Source: an uncultured Myxococcales bacterium
GTDB taxonomy: Bacteria > Desulfobacterota > Binatia > UBA1149 > CAYXZP01
NCBI GenBank assembly: GCA_964469485.1
Contig: CAYXZP010000002.1
Location: 1-60,655, forward strand
Direction of reading: 5' to 3'
Length of the DNA stretch: 60,655 nucleotides
The translations under genes and the position numbers were made by a program. The notes below the pieces were generated by a model. It was not told the origin of the DNA and made no database searches. It was given only the letters and a program-made list of their open reading frames with translations. Shown here piece after piece: positions 1 to 9,353 of the stretch; the first letter of the stretch is position 1, and each line of letters opens with the position of its first letter.

Positions 1-1983
1 GCCGGCGACGAGCTCGACGTTTCCGAGTTCGTCGATGAGATCCCCGTTGCCGGAGTCGCGCTCGCTCCATTGACGGCCAGGCTTGTGTCCGATCCGGTGG
101 TTTCCGGTGGTTTAATTTCGCCGGACGGCCGGACCACCGTGATCATCGGGCGTATGACGGACTGGGCCGCCGACCCCGAGATCAGGGAGGTCTATTTCGG
201 GCAGGTCGCAGACATCCTGGCAGACGAGGAAGGCGTCGATTTCTACCTGGCCGGCATTCCCTACATCGACAATGTGCTGATGGGGAACATAGGGCGCGAC
301 ACTAACCGCATGATGCCGCTCTCGGTCGCGGTGTTGGGAGTGCTGGTATGGGTGGCCTTTGGCCGAATGAGGGCGACGTGGATGACGCTGGCCCCTTGCT
401 TCATCGCCGGCACGCTGACGCTCGGTGCCATGGCGGTCCTCGGTGTGCCGATGACACTTCTCACCGGCGAACCGGTCCTGATGCTGCTCATCATGGTCAT
501 AGGCATGTCGGACGGAGTGCACATCCTCAACCGCTACGAGGAGGACCTGGGGCAGGGTGGGGAGGGCGGATGGCGCGGCGCTCTGGTGAGCACCATGCGT
601 AACATGGGACGGGCCTGTCTACTGACCAGTGTGACAACGGCCGTGGGTTTTGCGGCCTTGGCGACCTCGAACGTGCCGACGATACGGGAGTTCGGGATCT
701 TCGGCGCCCTCGGCATTATGCTGGCATTCGTGGGTGCGGTCGTCTTCTTGCCGGCGGCAGTCGCGGCGACCGAGCGCCGCAAGCCCTGGCGTGTGCCGCC
801 AACCCGCGGCAGCGATCCGCTCGACCGTCTCCTCATCGCATCGGCCACACCCGCCATACGGCACCCCAAGACGATCATCGCGGCAGGCCTCCTGGTGGTC
901 GTCGCCAGCGTGGTGGCCATGGGCGCGATCCGGGTCGACAACCGCTACTCGCGTGACCTCAAGCCCGACAACCCAGCCCTGGTCTCCATGGACTTCCTCG
1001 AGAAGGCCTTTGGCGGCGCTTTTGTCCTGGAATTGGTCGTCGATGCCGGCGAACCGGACGGCATCAAGAACCCGGCACTGCTCAACGCCATGGACGAGGT
1101 TCGGGCCGGCATGGAGGGACACGAACTGGTGTCGAAGGTGTTCAGTCCGGTGACCTTCATCAAGAAGATGAACCGCGCCATGAATGCGGGAAGCGCGGAG
1201 TTCTTCTCGGTCCCGTCCTCACCCGAGGCCGTCGCTCAATACCTGCTTCTGTTTGAGATGGCGGGCGGCGATTCAGAGTACGACCGAATGATCAGCTATG
1301 ACTATTCCAAGGCGCGTATGGCCGCCTATACCAGTGAACTGGCGCCCGAGGAATACGAAGACGTCATAGCGCGGCTCCGTGCGCTGGTCGCCGAGCGGTT
1401 CGGGAGCTTCGGGGACTCGGTCGAAATGTACGAGGCCGGGGGCACACCGCTTTTCTACACCGTGAGCTCGAGTCTCATCTCCACGCTCATGCGCAGCCTC
1501 TATTTGGCCATGCCGGTTATCGTCGTGATCACCGCCTTTGCCTTTCGCTCGGTGCGACTGGGCTTGCTCAGCGTCCTGCCGAACGTGATACCGATAACCG
1601 TCGGTCTGGGGCTTCTCGGGCTGACGGGCATCAGCCTGCGTTTTTCGACGATAGTCGCCTTTCCCATCGCCTTCGGGCTGGCAATAGACGACACCATCCA
1701 TTTTCTTAACCGCTACCGCCTGGAGATGAGGGCCGGCGCCGGCCACGAGGAGGCCGTGCGAGCGGCGCTGAGGACCGCCGGGCGTGCGATGGTGCTTACG
1801 ACGGTGTTCCTTATAGCGGGCTTCGGGATCATGCTGGCCAGCAACTTCCTGGCCATGGTCCATATGTCAATCACCCTTTGCGTGATCCTTGTGGCGGCCC
1901 TGTTCGGCGATCTTCTGGTCCTGCCCGCTTTGTTGCAGGTGTTCGGGGGGCCTTCTTCGGCACGCCTGTCGCGCAAAGCCTGA
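1..1983 (+). CDS. RND-superfamily MMPL/HpnN-like exporter, 5' end cut by the window edge
   Basis: Frame 1 is open from nt 1 (no stop before the listed TTG at 70), so the gene begins upstream. Two polytopic blocks ('MLLIMVIGMSDGVHILNRY', 'FPIAFGLAIDDTIHFLNRY') are separated by a large soluble loop. Paralogue of 32891-35299. Confidence 0.85.
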   Translation, partial: AGDELDVSEFVDEIPVAGVALAPLTARLVSDPVVSGGLISPDGRTTVIIGRMTDWAADPEIREVYFGQVADILADEEGVDFYLAGIPYIDNVLMGNIGRDTNRMMPLSVAVLGVLVWVAFGRMRATWMTLAPCFIAGTLTLGAMAVLGVPMTLLTGEPVLMLLIMVIGMSDGVHILNRYEEDLGQGGEGGWRGALVSTMRNMGRACLLTSVTTAVGFAALATSNVPTIREFGIFGALGIMLAFVGAVVFLPAAVAATERRKPWRVPPTRGSDPLDRLLIASATPAIRHPKTIIAAGLLVVVASVVAMGAIRVDNRYSRDLKPDNPALVSMDFLEKAFGGAFVLELVVDAGEPDGIKNPALLNAMDEVRAGMEGHELVSKVFSPVTFIKKMNRAMNAGSAEFFSVPSSPEAVAQYLLLFEMAGGDSEYDRMISYDYSKARMAAYTSELAPEEYEDVIARLRALVAERFGSFGDSVEMYEAGGTPLFYTVSSSLISTLMRSLYLAMPVIVVITAFAFRSVRLGLLSVLPNVIPITVGLGLLGLTGISLRFSTIVAFPIAFGLAIDDTIHFLNRYRLEMRAGAGHEEAVRAALRTAGRAMVLTTVFLIAGFGIMLASNFLAMVHMSITLCVILVAALFGDLLVLPALLQVFGGPSSARLSRKA

Positions 1984-2062
1984 AGGTGTCCCCGCCCGCG
2001 CTTGGCTTGTTAGGGGAGAGCCGTGAGAATCGTGCCGCGCGCGGCGCTCGTGCCACCCTGTT

Positions 2063-4009
2063 ATGCCTCTAGTCGAGCTGGTAATACTCCTGGCCTTGGC
2101 CTGTACCGGGCTCCTGCTCGGACGCTCTCTGTCCCTGCCCGCCGTCGTCTGCTATCTGCTCACCGGCATAGTGGCCGGGCCCGGCCTGCTCGGCCTGCTC
2201 GAGCCTTCGGCCGAGATTTCGGAGCTGGCCGAGATCGGGGTGGCCCTGCTGCTCTTCGGTGTCGGCGTTGAGTTCTCACTGTTCGAACTCGGGCGCGGCG
2301 CGCTGCGCGGCCTGCTGACCGGTCTGGCCCAGGTTCTCCTCAGCGTTGCGGCCACGGCCTGGCTGCTCACCAGTCTCGGCTTGGAGTCGATGACAGCGCT
2401 GGCCGTCGGTTTCCTGGTGGCGCTTTCGAGTACGGCCGTGGTCTTCAAGCTCTACGACGACCACGGACAGTTCCGCGCGCCGCAAGGGCAGGCGGCTGTC
2501 GGCATTTTGCTGTTCCAAGACCTTGCCTTGGTGCCGATGATGTTGGTCTTGCCCTTGCTGGCCGCACCGGCGGCCGCTGGCGGCGCCGAGGCGGCCGTGT
2601 CGCTACTAAAGGCAGTGGCCGCCGTGGTGGCGTTGCTCGTGACGGCCCGTGCCCTGCTCCCGCGCGCCCTGGCGCTGGCCGCCCGTGCCGGCACGCCCGA
2701 GCTTTTTCCCCCGCTGGCCCTGTTGATAGCGCTCGGGACCGCCCTTGGTGCCACGCACATGGGGCTGAGCCTGCCCATCGGCGCCTTCCTGGCCGGCCTG
2801 GCGTTGTCGGGCAGCCCTTATGCCCACCAGGTCTTTGCCGAGCTGTTGCCTCTTCGCGACGCCTTCATGGCCGTCTTCTTTACCAGCGTCGGCTTGATGC
2901 TCGATCCCTCGGTGGCTTTCAAGGTCCCCGTTCTCATAGCGGTCGTGGCGCTTGCGGTCGTTATAAAAGGCGCCCTGGCCGGTATTGCCGTAGGCCTGGC
3001 CTGGCGCTCGGCCCGCCTCGGTATGCTGGCCGGGCTCTCGCTCGCGCAGATCGGCGAGTTCTCTTTCGTGCTCGGCAACGAGGCTGCGCGCCTCGGCCTC
3101 ATCGGCCAGGACCTGGAACAGGCCTTCATCACCGTGGCCGTCCTGTCGATGGCGGCCACGCCCTGGATGTTCTCGGCCGGAACAAAACTAGCCGACAGAA
3201 CCGGCGAGCCGGGGCAGGCCGCCACTGCCCATGGTCACGGCCAGGGGGTCCTCATAGTCGGCTACGGCGAGACCGGCCAAGCGGTGGCACGGGTGCTGTC
3301 GGAGACCAGCATTCCCTTCGTGGCCATAGACATGAAGGCCGAACGTGTGCGCGCAGGTGCAGCCGAGGGCATGTCGGTTCGCTTCGGTGATGCGGGCCGC
3401 CGCGCGGTGCTGGAATCCTGCGGAGCAGCCGGCGTACGTGCCGTGCTGATCGCGATAAGCGATCCGGCCGCGACCAAGCGGATCGTCCGGCTGGTTCGCT
3501 CCCTGAACCCCGCCGCCAGCATTCTTGCCCGTTCCCAGGGGGTCGAGGATATCGCCGAACTGGAAACCCTCGGCGTCAACGAGGTGGTGCCGGCCAAGCT
3601 GGAAGCCTCGGTGGAGCTGTTCGCCCGCTTGCTGGTGTTGATGGGGGTGCCCCGGCACGTGGCCCGGCTCCAGGAATCGATCATACGGCTGGGCCGCTAC
3701 GGGGCCATGCGCGGAGTTTCCAGTTCCGGCGAGCTGCTGCCGGAGATAGAGCGGCTTATCCGCGGGGGCATCATCGAGACGCTCGAGGTGATGGAGGGCA
3801 GCGAGGCCGACGGCGCGACCCTCGGCGGTCTCGATCTGAGAAAGCGCTGCGGGGCCACCGCGCTAATCCTGCTGCGCGGCGAGGAGCCGGTGACCAACCC
3901 CGTGCTCGACACCCGGCTCGAGGCCGGAGACCTGTTGGTTCTCTATGGCCCGCACCAAGCCATAGCCTCGGCCATGGCCTTGCTCGAACCTACGCCGTCT
4001 GTTTCGTGA
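2063..4009 (+). CDS. CPA2-family cation:proton antiporter with C-terminal RCK (TrkA-N/TrkA-C) domains, KefB/YbaL-like
   Basis: 648-aa ATG ORF. A long polytopic membrane part is followed by a Rossmann-type 'VLIVGYGETGQAVARVL' and a TrkA-C-like tail. Its TGA abuts the stop of the convergent gene (TGATCA, 4007-4012). Confidence 0.85.
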   Translation: MPLVELVILLALACTGLLLGRSLSLPAVVCYLLTGIVAGPGLLGLLEPSAEISELAEIGVALLLFGVGVEFSLFELGRGALRGLLTGLAQVLLSVAATAWLLTSLGLESMTALAVGFLVALSSTAVVFKLYDDHGQFRAPQGQAAVGILLFQDLALVPMMLVLPLLAAPAAAGGAEAAVSLLKAVAAVVALLVTARALLPRALALAARAGTPELFPPLALLIALGTALGATHMGLSLPIGAFLAGLALSGSPYAHQVFAELLPLRDAFMAVFFTSVGLMLDPSVAFKVPVLIAVVALAVVIKGALAGIAVGLAWRSARLGMLAGLSLAQIGEFSFVLGNEAARLGLIGQDLEQAFITVAVLSMAATPWMFSAGTKLADRTGEPGQAATAHGHGQGVLIVGYGETGQAVARVLSETSIPFVAIDMKAERVRAGAAEGMSVRFGDAGRRAVLESCGAAGVRAVLIAISDPAATKRIVRLVRSLNPAASILARSQGVEDIAELETLGVNEVVPAKLEASVELFARLLVLMGVPRHVARLQESIIRLGRYGAMRGVSSSGELLPEIERLIRGGIIETLEVMEGSEADGATLGGLDLRKRCGATALILLRGEEPVTNPVLDTRLEAGDLLVLYGPHQAIASAMALLEPTPSVS

Positions 4010-7000
4010 TCAGTCTACGATGACCGGACCGGCCACGGCCGGGGTCTTGCCGCACCAGTCCACGCCCTGCGCCATGATGGGCGGACCGCTGTACTGGTTG
4101 TCGACCTGGAGGTCCTTGGGATCGTTGGTGTGGTTGCGGTTGTCGCAGAGCCTGTTCTTGAGGTCGCTCGAAGCCTCGTACTCCTTGCCCGGAATGTTCG
4201 GCACGTTCTCGCTGGGGAAGGCGGGCAGCATGATCGAGGCCCCGCCCAGCGCCGTTACCGGGTTATAGGAGCCGCTGGTGGGGTTGACGGCAATACCGCC
4301 GTAGCCCTGCTTGCTGCTCGGCGGGTTCTGTCCGCCGTTGAAGATGATCTTGTTGCCGCTTCTCAATACCAATTGGGAGTCCTTTCGCAGCAGGATACCG
4401 ACCTGTTCGTTGCTCGATATCGTTGTGTCCCTTAGGACCGCGTTGACGGCACCACCCAGTTGCAGGCCTATCGTGCAACCGGCGATCTTGGTGTTCTCGA
4501 AATAGATCGCGAAGGGACCCGAGGACAGGCCTTGCTCGAACTCGCTCGACCCACCGGACAGGGCTGACACGAGGCAGCCGCCGTGGTCGCTCTCGCCGCT
4601 GGTGGTGACGACGCTGTTCTTCACCATCACGCGTCCGCCTGCCGTGGCGCGCATCGGCTTGGCGCAATCGACCCACTGCACGCCGTCGTACTCGGCGCTC
4701 CACTCGATCGGGGCCGGGCAGGTGATCGAGCCGGCGCCGGTGGGTGACAAGGAAGCCAGGTCGCCTCCGTAGAACTGCGTGCATTTGTCGCACCCGTTCT
4801 TGAACACGGAGCTTATGACCCTGTTGCCGATGCCGCGGCCGGCGTCGGTCTTGAAACCGCTGGTCAGCGCATCGTCGCAGAGCCCGTCGAAGGTCATGTC
4901 CTCGATCGTGTTGAAGGAGCCGGTGATCTGTACGCCCTCAAAGAAATGCTTGACGGTGAGGTTGCGAATCGTGTTGTTGTTGCCCTTTAGCCGCAGGAAA
5001 CCGGCGCCGTCCTCGACCTCGGTGCAGCCGTGGCTGGTCACGTAGCTGCCGCCTAGTGACTCGGCGAAAGCCTTGCAGGCGCCTTCTTCGTGCTCGTGGA
5101 GAAGCTGCGTGTCGGAGTCGGACATCTCGATGGTGATGCCGCGGTTGGTGCCGTCGATCAGCATGCCGTTGCACAGCGTTTTGCGGACATTCTCGCTGCC
5201 CCACATCTGCGACGGATTGACGCCCGTGGTGTCGATAGGGGGGTCGTATAGATAAATGGTCTGCGGCAGGCAGTCGTTGTCCTCGTTTGCCAGGTCGGGG
5301 TCGCAGTGGAAGGTGATCGCCTGGTCGCCGTAGAAGTTCTGGTAGCCGCAGCTTGGCAGCGCGCCCTCGAAACCGCCCTCGTCGCTGTCTACGGCACAAG
5401 AGTAGGAACCGGTCAGGTTGACGCACTCGCCGCCGCTGCCCGAGCCGTCCCTCCAGCTAGGCGGGTTGTCGTCACCGCAGGTATAGCAGGTCTTGGTGCC
5501 GTTGCCGTCGTAGTCGCGGCACTCGCCCACGCATTCGCCGTTGCCCTCGCAGCGGTCGCCCTGCAGGCCCAGCGAGCAGGCATCGGCCGCGCCGTCGTTA
5601 TTGGTGTCTATGCAACGTCCGTCGGGGCTGCCGTCCCTCATGGTGCAGTCGGGGCTCGTACAGTCGGCCTCGCCTTCGATGCAGGGGCCGCAGGCGTTGG
5701 TCTGTGAGGCCAGCGTGGCCACGCACTCGTCCACGTCGATACAGTTCCGGCATTTGCCGCTCACGCACTCGCCTTGCGGACACTGGGCGTTAGACTGGCA
5801 GTTACGGTCGTTCGCATAGGCGTAATTGCGGTCGGCGGCCAGGTCGGCGTTGGCATCACCTTCGCCGCATCTGCAATCGCCTATACCGACGGCCTCTTGG
5901 TTGATGGGGCAGGCCTGGTAGACGGCGCATTCGCCGGTTCCGTCACCCTGGTTGACGCAGGGGTAGGGCACGCCGAAGGCCTGGCCGGTCGACGGCGAGG
6001 TCTCGTCCATGCAGCCATTGGCATTGTTCGGGTTGCAGGCGACAGCGCTCTCGATGCAGGTCTCTTTCTGGAGGCAGTTGAAGGAGCAGCCGTCGTAATC
6101 TTTCTCGTTGCCGTCGTCGCAGGCCTCGAGCCTGGTGCCGGGCACCGTCCCGCAGCTCACGGTATCGGCGCAGACGACGCCGTCACCGCAGCGGTTGACG
6201 GTGCACATGTTGGTGCAGGAGTCGGTGTTGACGAGGTTGCCGTCGTCGCACTCCTCTAGGGGGCTCAGCACGCCGTTTCCGCAGCCGGCCGGCTTGCAGT
6301 TGTTGTTGCAGTCATCCTCGTTGTTGCGGTTTCCGTCGTCGCAAATCTCGTTGAACTTGCTATCGACGATGCCGTCGCCGCAGTAAGGTAGCAGGCAGTT
6401 GTCGCGGCACATGTTGGGTTCGTTGCTATTGTACAGGTCGCTGGTGTCGCACTCTTCGCAAGCCACATCGACGGTGACGTCTTCGCAGCTTCCGCCCCCG
6501 GCGCAATCGATGCTGGTGTCGCAGGCCTCGGTGTTGTGCGCGCCGTTCTTGCAGGTGCCTGTGCCATCAGCGCCGACGTTGTCGCACTCGCCGTGGCCGA
6601 TGACCATAATCCCGTTGTCGTCGGGAACCTTATGCAGCTTGCAGCGGCCGTGCCTGTCGGTCTCGCAGCAATCGCGGTCGGGGTTGCAGACGTAGCCCGG
6701 GCAGTCGTCGTCGGTTTCACAGATATGCCCGTTGTTGAGACCGCCGGTGCAGGTTCTGCCGGCGTCACCGGCCGAGCCGTCGCAACGGCCGTCGTACACT
6801 CCGCCGTCACACAGACTGACCGTGGCATTGTCGTCGTCCCATAGGCAGTAGCGGGTCACATCGACGCCATCGACGAAGAGTCCGCAGCTGCCGTGGTCGC
6901 CTGTGCAGTCGTTGTCGTCGGTGCAGGCCGCGCCGGCCTGGTCGCCGCCCACGCAGAAGTTCTCATTGCCCGAGGGTTGGCATGAACCGTTGCTGCCCTG

Positions 7001-9037
7001 GCAGATGTCATCGTCGTTGCAGTAGGAGCCGGCGTTTGTACCGCCGTCACAGGTGCCGGCCTTGCAGGAGCCGCCTTCGCCGCAGTCCGTGCTGCTGCGG
7101 CATTCCTCGTTGAGCTTGTCGGCGTCGCCGACGACACAGAGCTTCACCTTGTCCGAGAAGCTCTTGTATCCAATCCAGTAACTGCCGCAGCCGCCGGCGG
7201 CCGACGCCTTTTCGCATTTACCCTTGCGCGGGCAGCTCGGGTCGTAGCAGTAGCCGCAAACATAGTCCTCGCGCTTGCCGTCCTTGAAGCAATCCTTGTC
7301 GGCATCGTTGCTGCAGTGGGAGCACTCGCGGTCGACGGTCGAGTATCCGTCGCCACAGCGCGAAGCGGCGCAACGGCGGTTGCAGCCGTCCGTGTTGTCG
7401 ATGTTGTAGGGGCCGTCGTCGCATTCCTCGCCCTCCTGGGCGTTGCCGTCTCCACAGGCGATGGGCAGGTAGAAGTCCGTGAACAGTCCGTCACCGCGGG
7501 CCGTTGCCGCAGACAGCACGCAGTCAACCAGGTCGTCGACGTACGCGCCCTGATCGTCCCAGTTGGCGGCATTACAGGAGTCTAGGCTGGCGAGCGCGGC
7601 CGCGTCGAGTTTCTTCGCGGCGCAGTTGGTCCGGATCTTCGCCGCGCTCTTGTCATAGACACCCTGGATGCGGTCGGCGCGTACGGCCGAGTTGTCCACG
7701 CAGGTCTCGCCGGTCTGGCAAGGGTTGTCGTCGTCGCATAGCGTCCGGCAGGCGCCCTTGATGCAGGTCCCGTCCCCGCAGTCCGAATCGCGCTTGCAAG
7801 CTGGATAGCAACGCCGTTCCGTGCAGTTCCAAGAGGTCTCCTTGTCGGCATCACCGTCTATGGTCAGGGCGCATTCCGCGGCGTAGTTCGGCGGGCCGCA
7901 CTTCTGCGAGTGGTCGACGCAGTGGCCCGTCTGGCACCATGGTGTCGGGTTGACGCCGCCAGCCTCTTCGTCGGCCTTGCGGCACATGCCCCGCTGCTTC
8001 ATCAAGGTCCGTATATAGCTCGACTGCGCCTTGGCGATGGCGTGATGGCATTTGCCCTCGGAACGCTTGTCGAAGACAGGTTCGCAGCTTCCCTCGGCAC
8101 CGGTCATGGGGTCGGCCTGGCAGTCGCTCGAGTTGGTGCAGGTCGAGCCGTCGTCGGCGCCGCCTACACAGAGGTCAGAGGCGCAACTGCCGTCCGCGCC
8201 GCAAGGCACCTCGCAGACCCCGCGCCGGCAGCTGCCGCCGCTGCAATCGGCGTCGGCGGTACAGGCGTTGCCATCGGCACCCCCGGCCGTGCAGCTGCCG
8301 CCGCCGTCGCAGTCGGAGTCATCGTTGCAAGGGCTGCCCGCTTCGCTGCCGCCTACGCACGAGTAACAGGCCAGCCCGTCATGTGCGCCGCCCTGGCATA
8401 TGCCGATGGCAGGGTCACCGAGCGAGGCCTGCATCATCGTCGGAACCGCGTCGAGGACCATGCAGATGAAGCACTTGTAGAGATCGTCGGTGGTGACGAT
8501 GTCCAAATTGTCGTAACGGTCCTCGAGGACCGGGCAGTGCTGTGGGATGTTGACCGGGCAGCTCTCCATGCCGAGCTGGTCGGGGAAGACGCCGCCGCAT
8601 TTGCGACCCGGTATGCCGCGCAGCAGGGACTCGCCCTTTTCTATACGGCGGACAACGTCGATGTAGACCACGTCCTGGCCGTCCTGGTCCATGTCGGTGC
8701 AATCGACCGAGGCGGGTATCTTTCCCTCGCGGCGTGCCTGGTGGCATTTGTAGATGATCTTCTCGAGGGTCTTGGCGAAACGTTCGGCGCGTTTGCCGAA
8801 GCCGGTACGGCAGCGGATCGCGTCCTGTGTGAAAGCGGCCTCAGAGGTGTCGGGCAAGGCCGCCACCGTAAACAGGGCCGCCACCGTAACCAGGGCCGCC
8901 AGGCCCATGGCCAGTAGCGCCAGGGCGGGCCGGCGGGCCGGTGCCGCGGCACTGGATCCCAGCGGGGCTCGTCGAACTGGCAGCAGGCTCTTCACGATAT
9001 GGGCACACCCCAGGACACTCGGGACCCCAGGGAACAA
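4010..9037 (-). CDS. Giant secreted cysteine-rich modular protein A (1675 aa)
   Basis: Uninterrupted ORF with signal/anchor 'RRPALALLAMGLAALVTVAALFTVAAL'. Contains Cys-bracketed helical modules, 'CGDG..E.CDDGN...D.C...C' repeats, a 'NCIDVDEC' cbEGF-like start and a C-terminal beta-helix. The start is uncertain: TTG 9037 as listed, with GTG 8995 and ATG 8908 in frame. Confidence 0.9.
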   Translation of the reverse strand: MFPGVPSVLGCAHIVKSLLPVRRAPLGSSAAAPARRPALALLAMGLAALVTVAALFTVAALPDTSEAAFTQDAIRCRTGFGKRAERFAKTLEKIIYKCHQARREGKIPASVDCTDMDQDGQDVVYIDVVRRIEKGESLLRGIPGRKCGGVFPDQLGMESCPVNIPQHCPVLEDRYDNLDIVTTDDLYKCFICMVLDAVPTMMQASLGDPAIGICQGGAHDGLACYSCVGGSEAGSPCNDDSDCDGGGSCTAGGADGNACTADADCSGGSCRRGVCEVPCGADGSCASDLCVGGADDGSTCTNSSDCQADPMTGAEGSCEPVFDKRSEGKCHHAIAKAQSSYIRTLMKQRGMCRKADEEAGGVNPTPWCQTGHCVDHSQKCGPPNYAAECALTIDGDADKETSWNCTERRCYPACKRDSDCGDGTCIKGACRTLCDDDNPCQTGETCVDNSAVRADRIQGVYDKSAAKIRTNCAAKKLDAAALASLDSCNAANWDDQGAYVDDLVDCVLSAATARGDGLFTDFYLPIACGDGNAQEGEECDDGPYNIDNTDGCNRRCAASRCGDGYSTVDRECSHCSNDADKDCFKDGKREDYVCGYCYDPSCPRKGKCEKASAAGGCGSYWIGYKSFSDKVKLCVVGDADKLNEECRSSTDCGEGGSCKAGTCDGGTNAGSYCNDDDICQGSNGSCQPSGNENFCVGGDQAGAACTDDNDCTGDHGSCGLFVDGVDVTRYCLWDDDNATVSLCDGGVYDGRCDGSAGDAGRTCTGGLNNGHICETDDDCPGYVCNPDRDCCETDRHGRCKLHKVPDDNGIMVIGHGECDNVGADGTGTCKNGAHNTEACDTSIDCAGGGSCEDVTVDVACEECDTSDLYNSNEPNMCRDNCLLPYCGDGIVDSKFNEICDDGNRNNEDDCNNNCKPAGCGNGVLSPLEECDDGNLVNTDSCTNMCTVNRCGDGVVCADTVSCGTVPGTRLEACDDGNEKDYDGCSFNCLQKETCIESAVACNPNNANGCMDETSPSTGQAFGVPYPCVNQGDGTGECAVYQACPINQEAVGIGDCRCGEGDANADLAADRNYAYANDRNCQSNAQCPQGECVSGKCRNCIDVDECVATLASQTNACGPCIEGEADCTSPDCTMRDGSPDGRCIDTNNDGAADACSLGLQGDRCEGNGECVGECRDYDGNGTKTCYTCGDDNPPSWRDGSGSGGECVNLTGSYSCAVDSDEGGFEGALPSCGYQNFYGDQAITFHCDPDLANEDNDCLPQTIYLYDPPIDTTGVNPSQMWGSENVRKTLCNGMLIDGTNRGITIEMSDSDTQLLHEHEEGACKAFAESLGGSYVTSHGCTEVEDGAGFLRLKGNNNTIRNLTVKHFFEGVQITGSFNTIEDMTFDGLCDDALTSGFKTDAGRGIGNRVISSVFKNGCDKCTQFYGGDLASLSPTGAGSITCPAPIEWSAEYDGVQWVDCAKPMRATAGGRVMVKNSVVTTSGESDHGGCLVSALSGGSSEFEQGLSSGPFAIYFENTKIAGCTIGLQLGGAVNAVLRDTTISSNEQVGILLRKDSQLVLRSGNKIIFNGGQNPPSSKQGYGGIAVNPTSGSYNPVTALGGASIMLPAFPSENVPNIPGKEYEASSDLKNRLCDNRNHTNDPKDLQVDNQYSGPPIMAQGVDWCGKTPAVAGPVIVD
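4013..5230 (-). other. C-terminal right-handed parallel beta-helix (pectin-lyase-fold-like) region of protein A
   Basis: Turn-like periodic segments such as 'NNNTIRNLTVKHFFEGVQITGSFNTIEDMTFDG', 'GNRVISSVFKNG', 'RVMVKNSVVTTSG', 'IYFENTKIAGC', 'AVLRDTTISSNEQVGILL'. Boundaries are approximate. Confidence 0.5.
6074..6382 (-). repeat. Three tandem Myxococcus-type cysteine-rich repeats in protein A
   Basis: 'CGDGIVDSKFNEICDDGNRNNEDDCNNNC', 'CGNGVLSPLEECDDGNLVNTDSCTNMC', 'CGDGVV...LEACDDGNEKDYDGCSFNC'. Confidence 0.8.
7322..7456 (-). repeat. Myxococcus-type cysteine-rich repeat(s) in protein A
   Basis: 'CGDGNAQEGEECDDGPYNIDNTDGCNRRCAASRCGDGYSTVDREC'. Confidence 0.7.
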
Positions 9038-9119
9038 CGGCCGCCTAATTGGAATAGCAATGCCTTGACAGTCCCGTCAAGCCTGGGGCCAACCTTTTAA
9101 AGGCGTTTTGCGCAGCGTT

Positions 9120-9138
9120 CACCCCCTTTTGGGGGGTG
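9120..9138. promoter_or_regulatory. GC hairpin CACCCCC-TTTTG-GGGGGTG in the A/B divergent intergenic region
   Basis: 7-bp perfect stem read directly. It lies between two divergent start codons, so it is not a terminator. A similar C-run/TTTT/G-run element sits at 39231-39248 upstream of protein D. Confidence 0.4.
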
Positions 9139-9210
9139 GCCCAGTCTCTCAGACCCCCTGATACCGAAAAGCCGTGTTTTCGGGTCTCCAGACCCACCCA
9201 TGCGCGCCTT

Positions 9211-9298
9211 CATCGGGGGTGTCGGCCGGCAAGCAAGAAGCCGGACCCTGCGTCTGCGCCAGGCCGGGCTGCCACCCCATCGGGGGAGTCCGGGCCGC
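9211..9298 (+). repeat. Imperfect ~20-nt direct repeat pair in the A/B intergenic region
   Basis: CATCGGGGGTGTCGGCCGGC (9211-9230) and CATCGGGGGAGTCCGGGCCGC (9278-9298), start-to-start spacing 67 nt, 60-140 nt upstream of the 9354 ATG. Confidence 0.4.
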
Positions 9299-9353
9299 AG
9301 GCCCCGGCTTTCACCCTTGCCAAGCTTCATTCGTTCTGCCTAACTGAACTCAC

